In this document: positions 18,157 to 27,603 of the stretch, piece after piece
Numbering within the stretch: the stretch's first letter is position 1
Layout of the letters: each line of letters starts with the position of its first letter
Virus record (IMG/VR): IMGVR_UViG_3300042455_000321
Coordinates: 1 to 64,000 of that record
DNA: 64,000 nt
From: a virus
Strand: one strand, 5' to 3'
Notes under the pieces: model-generated
The model's input: the letters and a program-made list of their open reading frames with translations, nothing else
Told to the model about the DNA's origin: nothing
Databases searched by the model: none
Made by a program: the position numbers and the translations under genes

Positions 18157-19903
18157 TTTCAGTATATTAACATTTGCAGAGGCAAGACAACCGGATTATA
18201 AAGAGAAAAAAGGAATAGGTTATTATGAGTATGGTCATTTAAATGACTATCCAGAATACTTATTAGAGCTTTATAAAAAATCTGCAAAGCACCAAGCATT
18301 AATAAAAGGTAAGATTAACTATATCTGTGGCAATGGCTGGAAGGCTGGAGATGTCTACGGAGAGCTTTTTATTAGAAATGCAAACCAAGTAGAAACGCTT
18401 GAAGAGGTAACTAAAAAAATAGTAACTGATAACGAGCTTTTCGGTGGTTTTTATCTTCAAGTTATTTGGTCAATGAATGGAATGATCTCGGATATTTACC
18501 ATGTAGATTATTCTAAAGTTAGAACTAACAAAGACAACACAGAATTTTGGATTAAAGAGAATTGGAAAGATAGACACGAAGAGGTTAAAGTATATCCGGC
18601 ATTCAATCCTAACTTCCCTAAAGGAAGCCAAATCTTATTTGTAAAAGAATATAGAGCTGGTATTAGCATTTACCCTTTGCCATCTTATTTCGGTGGTTTG
18701 AATTATATTGAGAGCGATATTGAGGTTAGTAAACACGTTTTAGGCAATGCACAAACTGGCTTCACTCCGAGCAAGTTAATTACTTTACCTAACGGAGAGC
18801 CTAATCCAGAAGAGAAAAGAATTATTGAACGTAAGTTTGAGAATAAGTTTACTGGTAGTGATGGCAAGAAATTCCTTTTGTCATTCGTAAACGATAGTGG
18901 TAGAAAGCCAATCATAGATGACTTGGGTGCAAGTGATTTAACTAAAGAAGATTTTGGTCATGTAGATGAGCTGATTAGAACAAACATTTATGTAGCACAT
19001 CAAATTACTACTCCGGCTTTATTTGGTATTGCCGAGCCTGGTAAATTAGGAAGTAGACAAGAGATGCGTGATGGATATGAGATATTTAAAAATACTTATA
19101 TCAATTACAAGCAAAGACAAATTGAAGCAGTTATTAACATGATAGGCAGTTACAGAGGTGTAAAAGAGCCAATGACTTTAATTTCTGTTGAGCCAATAGG
19201 TATTGAATTTGGAGAGCAAACAATAGCTGCAGTAGCACCTAAAGAGTGGATATTAGAGAAGTTGGGTATTGATATGAGTCAATATCAACCACAACAAATG
19301 AGCGATGATTTTATATTTGAGGAGTTTGGCGAAGCTGCATCTAACTTTCAAGTATTTAAAAAGAAAGCAAGATTTGATGAATATACCGATTACGAATTAT
19401 TTGCAACTATAAACCAAACTAAAGCTGATATACTTGACTTAATAAGCAAGGATAAAAGAATAATTCCGGAAGTAATTGCAGATACTTTGAAAATTGATAT
19501 TGATGTTGTAAATAGAAACATTGAGGACTTAATTAAAAGTGGAAGTTTAGCTCAAGGAACGGAGAATGGAGTTTTAATACATGAATTAACTGCTCCTTTA
19601 AAGGACTTAACTAAAATAGAGCCAGAAACTAAATCTTTTATGATTAGATACTCTTATGAGTGGAAAGATAGTATTCCGGTAGATCAAAGAAATACAAGTG
19701 CTCATCCAAGCCGAGAATTTTGTAAAAGATTAATGGCACTTGATAAGTTTTATTCTCGTTCCGATATAGAACAGATGAGTGCGAGATTAGGTTATTCAGT
19801 CTGGGACAGAAAAGGTGGATGGTATACAATGCCTAACGGAGAGCATTCGCCAAGTTGCAGGCATAATTGGGTGAGCGTGATTGTGATGAGAAAAAACAAA
19901 TAG
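18149..19903 (+). CDS. Portal protein with C-terminal MuF-like extension
   Basis: YG..NDYP..L, YPLPSY.G, AH.IT.PALFGI portal motifs; SREFC...KGG...CRHNW C-terminal domain. Confidence 0.85.
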   Translation: MDNFSILTFAEARQPDYKEKKGIGYYEYGHLNDYPEYLLELYKKSAKHQALIKGKINYICGNGWKAGDVYGELFIRNANQVETLEEVTKKIVTDNELFGGFYLQVIWSMNGMISDIYHVDYSKVRTNKDNTEFWIKENWKDRHEEVKVYPAFNPNFPKGSQILFVKEYRAGISIYPLPSYFGGLNYIESDIEVSKHVLGNAQTGFTPSKLITLPNGEPNPEEKRIIERKFENKFTGSDGKKFLLSFVNDSGRKPIIDDLGASDLTKEDFGHVDELIRTNIYVAHQITTPALFGIAEPGKLGSRQEMRDGYEIFKNTYINYKQRQIEAVINMIGSYRGVKEPMTLISVEPIGIEFGEQTIAAVAPKEWILEKLGIDMSQYQPQQMSDDFIFEEFGEAASNFQVFKKKARFDEYTDYELFATINQTKADILDLISKDKRIIPEVIADTLKIDIDVVNRNIEDLIKSGSLAQGTENGVLIHELTAPLKDLTKIEPETKSFMIRYSYEWKDSIPVDQRNTSAHPSREFCKRLMALDKFYSRSDIEQMSARLGYSVWDRKGGWYTMPNGEHSPSCRHNWVSVIVMRKNK

Positions 19904-19904
19904 A

Positions 19905-20504
19905 ATGACTGAAATATATTTATATAATAGCTTAATTTATGATAAACCGGCAGCTTATGTTGGGAGTACAACAAATTCAAAAGAAAGGCATTATAGATAT
20001 TCTAAAGGTCATTTTACACAACAAAAAAGGTTTTTTCACTGGGCAAATAAATATGGGCTAAATAATATGCTTTTAACTCATATCCCAATGGAAGAAGATA
20101 TAACAAAGCAAGAGCTTTTATTGTGGGAGCAGTTTTATATTAAAATGTTTTGTAGTTATATCGGTGAAAATGAGGAGTTTGGTCTTAATATAATTAAAAA
20201 TCCTAATCTTAATATCTCAAAAGAGGATATAATTAAAAAAGAGAGAAGAAGAAGGTTTTTGGGAGAATTAAATCCAATGTTTGGTAGAAGTATATATCGT
20301 GAAGGAAAGAATATTGAGGTATATGCAATTAAAAATAAAAAAAGAATTGCAACTAAATGGACTTTTGAAATAGGAGAAAAATTAGGAGAATATATATCTA
20401 TAAGAGAGTGCGAGAGACAAACTGGTATAAATAGAAGCTGTATAAGCAAGGTTATAAGAGGAGAAAAAACATTTATAAATAACATTACAATAAAATACAA
20501 GTAA
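19905..20504 (+). CDS. GIY-YIG-like homing endonuclease with NUMOD1-like HTH
   Basis: IYLY...YVGST....R, WEQFYI, NPMFGR, YISIRECERQTGI. Confidence 0.75.
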   Translation: MTEIYLYNSLIYDKPAAYVGSTTNSKERHYRYSKGHFTQQKRFFHWANKYGLNNMLLTHIPMEEDITKQELLLWEQFYIKMFCSYIGENEEFGLNIIKNPNLNISKEDIIKKERRRRFLGELNPMFGRSIYREGKNIEVYAIKNKKRIATKWTFEIGEKLGEYISIRECERQTGINRSCISKVIRGEKTFINNITIKYK

Positions 20505-21100
20505 TGAGTAAAAACATACTAATAATTAGTCCTAATTCAATTAAAGAGCGTAGTGGTTTAGCTGGTAACGTAGATGAGAAACTACTTTATCCAGAAATCA
20601 AAACGAGCCAAGACATGTATATACATCCGGCTCTTGGTACTGCTCTTTATAATCGCATTCTTACTGGTATTCAAGCTAATAACTTAACTGCGGCAGAGGT
20701 TACCTTAATCAATGAATATATTGCAGATACTTTGGTTTATTATGTGTTAAGCGAATTGAGTGTAGAGTTAAATTATCAATTCTATACTAAAGGGGTGGTA
20801 CAAAAAACTGGGGAGAATACAAATCAACCATCAATGCAAGATTTGTTAGATATTTCAGCAAGATACAAAACAAGAGCAGAGTTCTACAAAGAGAGATTAA
20901 TCAATTATTTAAAATACCAGGCTTCAATAGGTAATTTACCTTTGTATATTAATCCAGGAAGTACGATAGAAACGATACTACCGGACAATGATGCTTATAC
21001 AAGCTCTATATTTTTAGATGATTGTTACGATTATAAACATAAAAGAACATTTGAAGAGAAGTATCAAGGAAACATTTATAGAAACTGCAACGATTGCTAA
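20504..21100 (+). CDS. Head-tail adaptor protein
   Basis: GNVDEKL, QDMYI..LGTALY, AEFY.ERL..YL; follows portal. Confidence 0.65.
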   Translation: MSKNILIISPNSIKERSGLAGNVDEKLLYPEIKTSQDMYIHPALGTALYNRILTGIQANNLTAAEVTLINEYIADTLVYYVLSELSVELNYQFYTKGVVQKTGENTNQPSMQDLLDISARYKTRAEFYKERLINYLKYQASIGNLPLYINPGSTIETILPDNDAYTSSIFLDDCYDYKHKRTFEEKYQGNIYRNCNDC

Positions 21101-21219
21101 TGGCAAAAAATTATAACAACAAAAATGTTGAGAAGTTAAAACTCTTCTTGGCTAAAATTGAAAAAAATGACACTAAACCAAGTAATACAAACAATAAGCT
21201 CGTTAGGGGAAAGTCATAA
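21100..21219 (+). CDS. 39-aa basic peptide (not in ORF track)
   Basis: TAATG overlap; MAKNYNNKNVEKLKLFLAKIEK... Confidence 0.45.
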   Translation: MAKNYNNKNVEKLKLFLAKIEKNDTKPSNTNNKLVRGKS

Positions 21220-21586
21220 GCAAGTTAAAACTGTATTCTTTGGGGATACGTTTGACTTTTTAGAGCAAGGGGATAATAACTATCCGGCTATGTTTTTTAA
21301 CATCGCTAATGGCTCTATAAGTGGCAATGTAATGACTTTCAATGTTGAATTATTTACTTTGGACAAAACCTTGCAAGACCAAACCAATGTAGAGGACGTA
21401 AAAAGCGACTGCATTCAAATAGGTGGGGATATTCTTTCAGCTTTAAAATACAATCAAGATATTCGTTTAGGCGATGTTTCTTTTGATGTGGTTGAGGAGC
21501 AAACTCCGGACTATTTAGGTGGAGCAAGATTTAGCTTTACTTTGGGTGTAGATTTTGTATATAACGAGTGTCAAATTCCTAATTAA
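21167..21586 (+). CDS. Tail terminator/head-tail joining-like protein
   Basis: HKQV..V.FGD, YPAMF; ATG start at 21167 preferred. Confidence 0.55.
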   Translation: MTLNQVIQTISSLGESHKQVKTVFFGDTFDFLEQGDNNYPAMFFNIANGSISGNVMTFNVELFTLDKTLQDQTNVEDVKSDCIQIGGDILSALKYNQDIRLGDVSFDVVEEQTPDYLGGARFSFTLGVDFVYNECQIPN

Positions 21587-21607
21587 TCCTATTTAAAATA
21601 AAATACA

Positions 21608-21856
21608 ATGGCAAATTTTAAGAGAGAAACGAATGATCAAGCAGCTGGTGCAATTTCTGTAACGAAATCCGATAGTACTGTTCTTGATTTGACTGGTGGT
21701 CTTTATATTGGAACTGGTGGTGATGTTGCAGTAACTATGGGTAATGGTGGAGTATTCACATTTAAGAATGTGGCTAATGGTACTTTCATGCCTATTCAAG
21801 TTATTAAAGTAATGTCTACTAACACAACTGCTTCCGATATAATCGCTTTATACTAA
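21608..21856 (+). CDS. Head spike base protein (RcGTA Rcc01079-like)
   Basis: VT.SD, LYIGTGGDV.V, PIQV..V..T.TTASDIIALY. Confidence 0.8.
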   Translation: MANFKRETNDQAAGAISVTKSDSTVLDLTGGLYIGTGGDVAVTMGNGGVFTFKNVANGTFMPIQVIKVMSTNTTASDIIALY

Positions 21857-24516
21857 TGCTGAACATAATAAAAAATACAATTAATAGAGTATTTGCATCT
21901 GGGGTGGACTCGGATGCATCTGCTTTTATTACTGCTACTGGATTAAGTGGTACAACACAAAAATCTGCTATTACTACTTTAGTAAAGGACTTAAAGAGTT
22001 CTGGCTTATGGAGTAAGATGAAAGCAGTATATCCAATGGTTACTGATAACTATAATCAATTTTATTATTCCGAAGATTTTAGCAATGCTAACTGGTATCG
22101 TATAAATAATACTATTACAACAAATAGTACAACTGCTCCTAATGGTACTTTGACTGCTGATACATTTGCAGATAATGCTACTAATAATATACATCAAATA
22201 GCAGCTAATTATACTTTAACTGGAATAAATGGTAATAATACTGCTTCTATCTATGCTAAAGCGAATACATTAAATTGGATTTGCGTTACTTATTTTATTA
22301 GTGGTGCATATCAAAAAACATTCTTTGATTTACAAAATGGAGTAGTAGGAACAAATGCTTCTGGCAATACTGCTACAATAGAAAATGTAGGTAATGGGTG
22401 GTATAGATGTTCAATTACAAGAAATTTTAATGCTACTGGCTCTTTTAATGTAGGTTTCCATACTGCAAGTGCAGATAATGTAGATAGTTATGCTGGTAGT
22501 GGTCAATCGTTATATATTTGGGGTGCTCAATTTCAAGCTGGTACTCCTTTGGCATACCAACAAATAGCAACTACTCCATCTGCATTTATGGCTTCTCAAA
22601 TGAAGTACAATCTTAAAGATGCAAGAGATTTAGATGCAGCATTCCGTTTAACTTGGTCTGGTGGTTGGACTTATTCTGCTACTGGTGCTACTCCTAATGG
22701 GACTAATGGGTACGCAAATACTAATTTATTAGGTAATACTAATGTATTAAAAGGAGATTTTGGTTTTGGCATTTATTCAAGAACAAATGTAAATAACAAT
22801 GGAGCATTCGGTATAGACACATCTTTACATATATATCCAAGATTTACAGATACTACTACTTATTATAGATTATTTAATGGTGGAATTGGAGTGAACAATA
22901 ATAGCTCTTTAGGTTTTATACACGGTTATAATAATTCTTCTTTTGTTTCTACATCTTGGTATAATAGTAATAAAGTAAATACATATAACTCATCTACATT
23001 TAATATATCTTCAACAAATTTATTATTAGGTGGTAATGTACCAGGTGCTGGTGGTTTTGATAATAGACAACTTGCTTTTGCATTTGCTTCGCAATCTTTA
23101 AATGATACAGAAGCTCAATTACTTAATCAAATAACTGAAAAATACCAAGTAGCTTTATCTCGTGGTGTTCAAGCAGCTCAATCATTCTATTATAACTCTG
23201 CTTATTCTAACGAAGCTAATACTTATTTATACTCTACTCAAATAACTGGTACTACTCAAGTAAGTGCTATTAATACCTTAATCAATGGGTTAAAAGCTAA
23301 TAACTTGTGGACTAAAATGAAAGCAGTTTATCCTTTTGTTACGGATAAGATTAATTTACTTTCATATACGGAAGATTTTACAAATGCTGCGTGGACACAA
23401 ACAAATGTATCTGTTTCTGCTAATTCCACAACAGCTCCAAATAGTACATTGACTGCTGATACATTAACAGAAGCTGCATCATCAACAACTCATATACTTA
23501 AAACTACTGACATAATATCATTCACAACTGGTATAACATATACATATTCAATATATGCTAAAAATACAGTTGGGGGGAGAGGTTTAGTTCAATTGGCTGC
23601 TTATCAAATAGCTACTGGCAATACTGATGCTTATTGTAATTTTAACTTAGCGAATGGAACAATAGGTGCTAATGCTAATTGTACATATTCTATTCAAGAT
23701 GTTGGAAATGGTTGGTATAGATGTACAATTACTGCTACATCTACAAAAACTTATTTAGATAGATATAATGTTATTTTAATAGATAATATAAATGCTTCTT
23801 CGTTCCCATCTTATTTAGGTGATGTAAGTAAAAGTATTTATATATGGGGTGCTCAATTTGAAATAGGTGCTTTATCTACTTATCAACCAGTATTAGGAGC
23901 TAATAACTACGCAACCAATGTAGCTGCTCAAATGAAATTCAACCTTGTTAATCCACAAGATACTGATGCTGCATTTAGATTAGCTTTCTCTGGAGGTTGG
24001 ACTTATTCTACAAATGGTGCTCAACCGAATGGTACGAATGGGTATGCTGATACGAAGTTAGTGCCGAGTACAAGTTTATCTACAAGTTCTGCTCACTTAT
24101 CATTTTATTCAAGAACAAATAGCCCAAGTAGTGGATATTTTGGTTATGAGGTAGCAATTGGACATTATGCATTAATTACTCAATATCAAGGTAATAAATT
24201 TTATCCTAATTTAGAAGCTGGTGGATCTTATGCAGCAGTATATACTTCTACTAATGGTTTAGGACATTTTATAGCTTCAAGATTAAATAACACAACAGTA
24301 CAAGGTTTTAAAAATGGATTAAAAGTTGTTGACTCTGCATTAGCTTCAACATTAGCTACAAGTGCATTATTAATATCAAGTAGAGGTGGGGGTAATTATT
24401 CCGATAAACAAACTGCATTTGCTTCAATAGGAGATGGATTAACAGATGCAGAGGCTTTAGCACTTTATAACTTAATTCAACAATTCCAAACAGATTTAAA
24501 TAGGAGCGTAGTATAA
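21856..24516 (+). CDS. Head spike/fibre adhesin built from a tandem duplication
   Basis: Two ~440-aa units, each with LW.KMKAVYP, EDF.NA.W, VGNGWYRC, DAAFRL..SGGWTYS..GA.PNGTNGYA. Confidence 0.75.
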   Translation: MLNIIKNTINRVFASGVDSDASAFITATGLSGTTQKSAITTLVKDLKSSGLWSKMKAVYPMVTDNYNQFYYSEDFSNANWYRINNTITTNSTTAPNGTLTADTFADNATNNIHQIAANYTLTGINGNNTASIYAKANTLNWICVTYFISGAYQKTFFDLQNGVVGTNASGNTATIENVGNGWYRCSITRNFNATGSFNVGFHTASADNVDSYAGSGQSLYIWGAQFQAGTPLAYQQIATTPSAFMASQMKYNLKDARDLDAAFRLTWSGGWTYSATGATPNGTNGYANTNLLGNTNVLKGDFGFGIYSRTNVNNNGAFGIDTSLHIYPRFTDTTTYYRLFNGGIGVNNNSSLGFIHGYNNSSFVSTSWYNSNKVNTYNSSTFNISSTNLLLGGNVPGAGGFDNRQLAFAFASQSLNDTEAQLLNQITEKYQVALSRGVQAAQSFYYNSAYSNEANTYLYSTQITGTTQVSAINTLINGLKANNLWTKMKAVYPFVTDKINLLSYTEDFTNAAWTQTNVSVSANSTTAPNSTLTADTLTEAASSTTHILKTTDIISFTTGITYTYSIYAKNTVGGRGLVQLAAYQIATGNTDAYCNFNLANGTIGANANCTYSIQDVGNGWYRCTITATSTKTYLDRYNVILIDNINASSFPSYLGDVSKSIYIWGAQFEIGALSTYQPVLGANNYATNVAAQMKFNLVNPQDTDAAFRLAFSGGWTYSTNGAQPNGTNGYADTKLVPSTSLSTSSAHLSFYSRTNSPSSGYFGYEVAIGHYALITQYQGNKFYPNLEAGGSYAAVYTSTNGLGHFIASRLNNTTVQGFKNGLKVVDSALASTLATSALLISSRGGGNYSDKQTAFASIGDGLTDAEALALYNLIQQFQTDLNRSVV

Positions 24517-24542
24517 TATGAAAAAGTTGTATCTTTGCATAT

Positions 24543-25274
24543 ATGAGAAACTGGTCACATTTAAGTCCTATTAATGCTGAATACATTTTAGGCAAATACG
24601 GTAAAAAAACAATAATACAAATTGCAACAGATTTGAATATGACTGTTGGAAGAGTAACAAGATTTTTGAAAATGAATGGAGTTTATATAATGAGCAAAAG
24701 CGAATTTTATAAACAAATAAATGGAATGAAGTTTGAATATGAGGATGAATTGTGTAATGATTTTAAAAATGGATATACACAAAATCAACTTATGGACAAA
24801 TATAAGATTGGGAATGATAAATTAGTAATGATATTAGATAGGAATAATATTGATAGGTATAAAGGTAAAGGTGCAAGACAAGTGAGAGTTTGGGCAGACG
24901 GTAAAAGAAAAGCAAGGAATTGCAATAAGGGAGGAACTAAAAATATACATAACGCTCTTTATAAAAGATGGATCTCAAATGCTAAATCAAGAAGTTATCC
25001 ATTTGAAGTTTCAATAGATTATTTACAAACTCTATTAGAAAAGCAAAACTTTAAATGTGCATATAGCAATATTGATTTACTTGCTCCAAGCAATTATTTA
25101 GAGAAATTAGAAATGACAAGTAGTCCTTATTTAATATCTCTTGATAGAATAGATAGTAATAAGGGTTATATAGAGGGGAATGTTCAATTTGTTTGTGTGT
25201 GTATTAATAAAGCAAAGGGAAGCTATAATGATGAACAATTTAAAGAAATAATAAGTAAAATAAGACAAGTATAA
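24543..25274 (+). CDS. HNH-like homing endonuclease with N-terminal HTH repeats
   Basis: KQNFKCAYS, SLDRIDSNKGYIEGNVQFVC...N.AK; own TATCTTTG element at 24530-24537. Confidence 0.85.
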   Translation: MRNWSHLSPINAEYILGKYGKKTIIQIATDLNMTVGRVTRFLKMNGVYIMSKSEFYKQINGMKFEYEDELCNDFKNGYTQNQLMDKYKIGNDKLVMILDRNNIDRYKGKGARQVRVWADGKRKARNCNKGGTKNIHNALYKRWISNAKSRSYPFEVSIDYLQTLLEKQNFKCAYSNIDLLAPSNYLEKLEMTSSPYLISLDRIDSNKGYIEGNVQFVCVCINKAKGSYNDEQFKEIISKIRQV

Positions 25275-25276
25275 TT

Positions 25277-25543
25277 ATGATAGTTTACAAAATATCCTTA
25301 ACGGACAAAGAAAAGATACAAGGCAAAGCCTATGCACCAGACATGTATTTTAATTGCATAGAAGATATAAATGGCAACTGGGTTATATCAATAGAGGAGC
25401 TTAACGGAATAGTATATCCAGAGTTTCTTTATCTATCCGAGCAACAATGCGAAGAAGTAGATGGCGAACAAGTATGCCATTATGTTAATGTTGAGCCGAT
25501 TGAGTTTCAACCAGCACCTCCACCTCCATTCCCAACTAAATAA
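25277..25543 (+). CDS. Small fibre-associated protein
   Basis: G..YAPD.YFN...DINGNWVIS.EE, Pro-rich tail; position after adhesin. Confidence 0.5.
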   Translation: MIVYKISLTDKEKIQGKAYAPDMYFNCIEDINGNWVISIEELNGIVYPEFLYLSEQQCEEVDGEQVCHYVNVEPIEFQPAPPPPFPTK

Positions 25544-25812
25544 TGAAGAAGATTTTAAGTTTTATAGCCGGTTTCTTTTTAGACAAAGCAGATGCACCAA
25601 GTATGAAGCGATTAATAGCTTTATTTTTGGGTGTTTTGTTAGGTATTACTTTATACCATAATTCCTTTAGCGAAAGCCATATTGCACCAAGCGAAACTTT
25701 AGTTATTTCGGTAACTATTTTGATAGCTGCATTGTTAGGCTTAAAGGTTGTAGAAAAAGCAATTGATGGATATTTTGGAAAGAAGAATGTAGATGGCAAC
25801 ACCGAGAACTAA
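25543..25812 (+). CDS. Putative holin
   Basis: SMKRL then two TM helices, charged C-tail, in lysis cluster. Confidence 0.55.
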   Translation: MKKILSFIAGFFLDKADAPSMKRLIALFLGVLLGITLYHNSFSESHIAPSETLVISVTILIAALLGLKVVEKAIDGYFGKKNVDGNTEN

Positions 25813-26074
25813 AAAACCAGAGCCGAAGAAGATTGAAGCTGGTATTAAAATGCCAGTAAGTTTTGAACAATTCAAAAAGAGTCCGATTGCTGCGATAGCA
25901 TTTTTGTCGGTTATTGGGATTACCTATTTGTACATTGACCAAAAGAATATGAGCAAAAGTTCAATGGGTAATTGTGAGGAAGAAAAACGAGGGCTGATGA
26001 AAACAATTGAAAAAAAAGATAGTGTAATAATATCCTTAATAACTCAAAATGCTATTATAAATGCAACGAAATAA
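25793..26074 (+). CDS. Single-TM lysis-cluster protein
   Basis: PVSFEQFKKSPIAAIAF TM plus short coiled coil. Confidence 0.55.
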   Translation: MATPRTKKPEPKKIEAGIKMPVSFEQFKKSPIAAIAFLSVIGITYLYIDQKNMSKSSMGNCEEEKRGLMKTIEKKDSVIISLITQNAIINATK

Positions 26075-26378
26075 TATTATCGTTATGGCATTCGTGTTTG
26101 TTATGTTTTTGATCATAACGAGTGCCGGTCAAAAGAAAGTAAGCCAGTACAAAGGTGTAAATATTGATAGCTTGGCTGCAGCTGCAATTCAAAAGAATGC
26201 TCAATTTATAGAAAAGAGAGTAACTGAAATGAAAAAAGCAGAAAAGGCTGCAGATAGTTTGAAATCTGTGGTTGTAGAATTAAAACAAGAAAATCAAGAA
26301 TTACATGAAAAAATGGGCGATGATACTGATGGGGTTGATATTGGCAATGCCAACTTACTCCCAATATCCAAAAACTAA
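26061..26378 (+). CDS. Membrane-anchored coiled-coil protein (spanin-like)
   Basis: N-terminal TM plus heptad-rich C-half. Confidence 0.5.
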   Translation: MQRNNIIVMAFVFVMFLIITSAGQKKVSQYKGVNIDSLAAAAIQKNAQFIEKRVTEMKKAEKAADSLKSVVVELKQENQELHEKMGDDTDGVDIGNANLLPISKN

Positions 26379-26697
26379 ACTAATAGGTCAAGATACTGTT
26401 GTGCTGCTTTTGAAATCTCAAGCAGATGACATAAACTTTAAATTTACTCAATACAATGAAAAAATTGCTATTCAACAAAATCAAATTGATAGTCAAAGAG
26501 CTATTATCTTACATAGGAGTTCAAATTTAGACAGCTTACTTAATTGTCTTGATGTGGCAATTAAAGCTAATGCAACTTTATTCCAATATAACGTAGCTTA
26601 TCGTGAAGCATTTGCAGAAATGTTTAAAAACATAGATACTGCTATTTATAAGAGAGTAAGACACTTAAAAAGACAATATATATTCGGAGATGAATAA
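26305..26697 (+). CDS. Secreted coiled-coil protein of lysis cluster
   Basis: Signal peptide (..YSQ YP), 74-bp overlap with previous gene. Confidence 0.5.
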   Translation: MKKWAMILMGLILAMPTYSQYPKTKLIGQDTVVLLLKSQADDINFKFTQYNEKIAIQQNQIDSQRAIILHRSSNLDSLLNCLDVAIKANATLFQYNVAYREAFAEMFKNIDTAIYKRVRHLKRQYIFGDE

Positions 26698-27148
26698 ACT
26701 ACTACTACTAACAACAATCCTTTTAGCTTCTTGCATGACTGAAAAGCAATCAGTTAAGAAGTTAGCAATCATTCAAAGTAAGTATCCAGAATTAATCGCT
26801 CAAAACTGTGCTGATAAATTTCCAATTAAAGAAAGCATTGAGGTAAGAGAAACTATTACCCATGACACTTTAAGGGCTACAGACACTTTATTTAAAGATA
26901 GCATTATAAATAATGAGCTTATAAGATATGTATATCTTCCAGGTCAAACCATCACTAAAACAATCAAAAAGGATAGTGTTATAAGGCTTGAAAATACTGC
27001 CAAGCTATTTGTGTTAGAAAACAAATTAAAGGCTGCTAATGAGGTTATAATTAAGCAAAAACAACTAATCACAATAGGTAGATGGGTTGGCTTTATGCTA
27101 TTAATCTTTATAGGTGTAATTTTTGTATTTAAAAAACTATTAAAATGA
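26690..27148 (+). CDS. Lipoprotein with C-terminal TM (unimolecular-spanin architecture)
   Basis: LLASC lipobox; C-terminal WVGFMLLIFIGVIFVFKK; directly before lysozyme. Confidence 0.6.
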   Translation: MNKLLLLTTILLASCMTEKQSVKKLAIIQSKYPELIAQNCADKFPIKESIEVRETITHDTLRATDTLFKDSIINNELIRYVYLPGQTITKTIKKDSVIRLENTAKLFVLENKLKAANEVIIKQKQLITIGRWVGFMLLIFIGVIFVFKKLLK

Positions 27149-27588
27149 TAATTTCAAACAAATTAAGAGAATTAGTAAAGCACTTTGAGGGTTGCAAATT
27201 GACTTCGTATGTATGTTCAGCTGGGCATAATACTATTGGGTACGGAAATACTTTTTATGAGAACGGAGTAAAGGTAAAGCCAGGAGATAAGATTACTCAA
27301 CAAAGAGCAGAGGAGTTGTTAGATGTTATCTTGATTAAATTCGTTCAGCAAACTAATGAGCTTATAAAATCAAATGTAAATCAAAATCAAAGAGATGCAC
27401 TTACGGACTTTGCATATAACTGTGGAGTAGGTAATTTAAAAAGCTCAACATTGCTTAAGTTGGTTAATGCTAATCCAAATGATCCAGAAATAAGAGCACA
27501 ATTTATGCGTTGGAATAAAGGTGGAGGAAAGGTTTTAAACGGACTTACACGAAGAAGAGAAGCCGAAGCTAACTTATACTTTTCATAA
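27145..27588 (+). CDS. Endolysin, GH24 phage lysozyme
   Basis: FEGC...Y.CSAG..TIGYG, FAYNCG, GLTRRREAE. Confidence 0.95.
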   Translation: MIISNKLRELVKHFEGCKLTSYVCSAGHNTIGYGNTFYENGVKVKPGDKITQQRAEELLDVILIKFVQQTNELIKSNVNQNQRDALTDFAYNCGVGNLKSSTLLKLVNANPNDPEIRAQFMRWNKGGGKVLNGLTRRREAEANLYFS

Positions 27589-27603
27589 CTAAATACAACT
27601 ACG

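Noticed and set aside
21856-24516. Diversity-generating retroelement TR/VR
   Set aside because: No reverse transcriptase in the window and the repeat differences are not adenine-specific.
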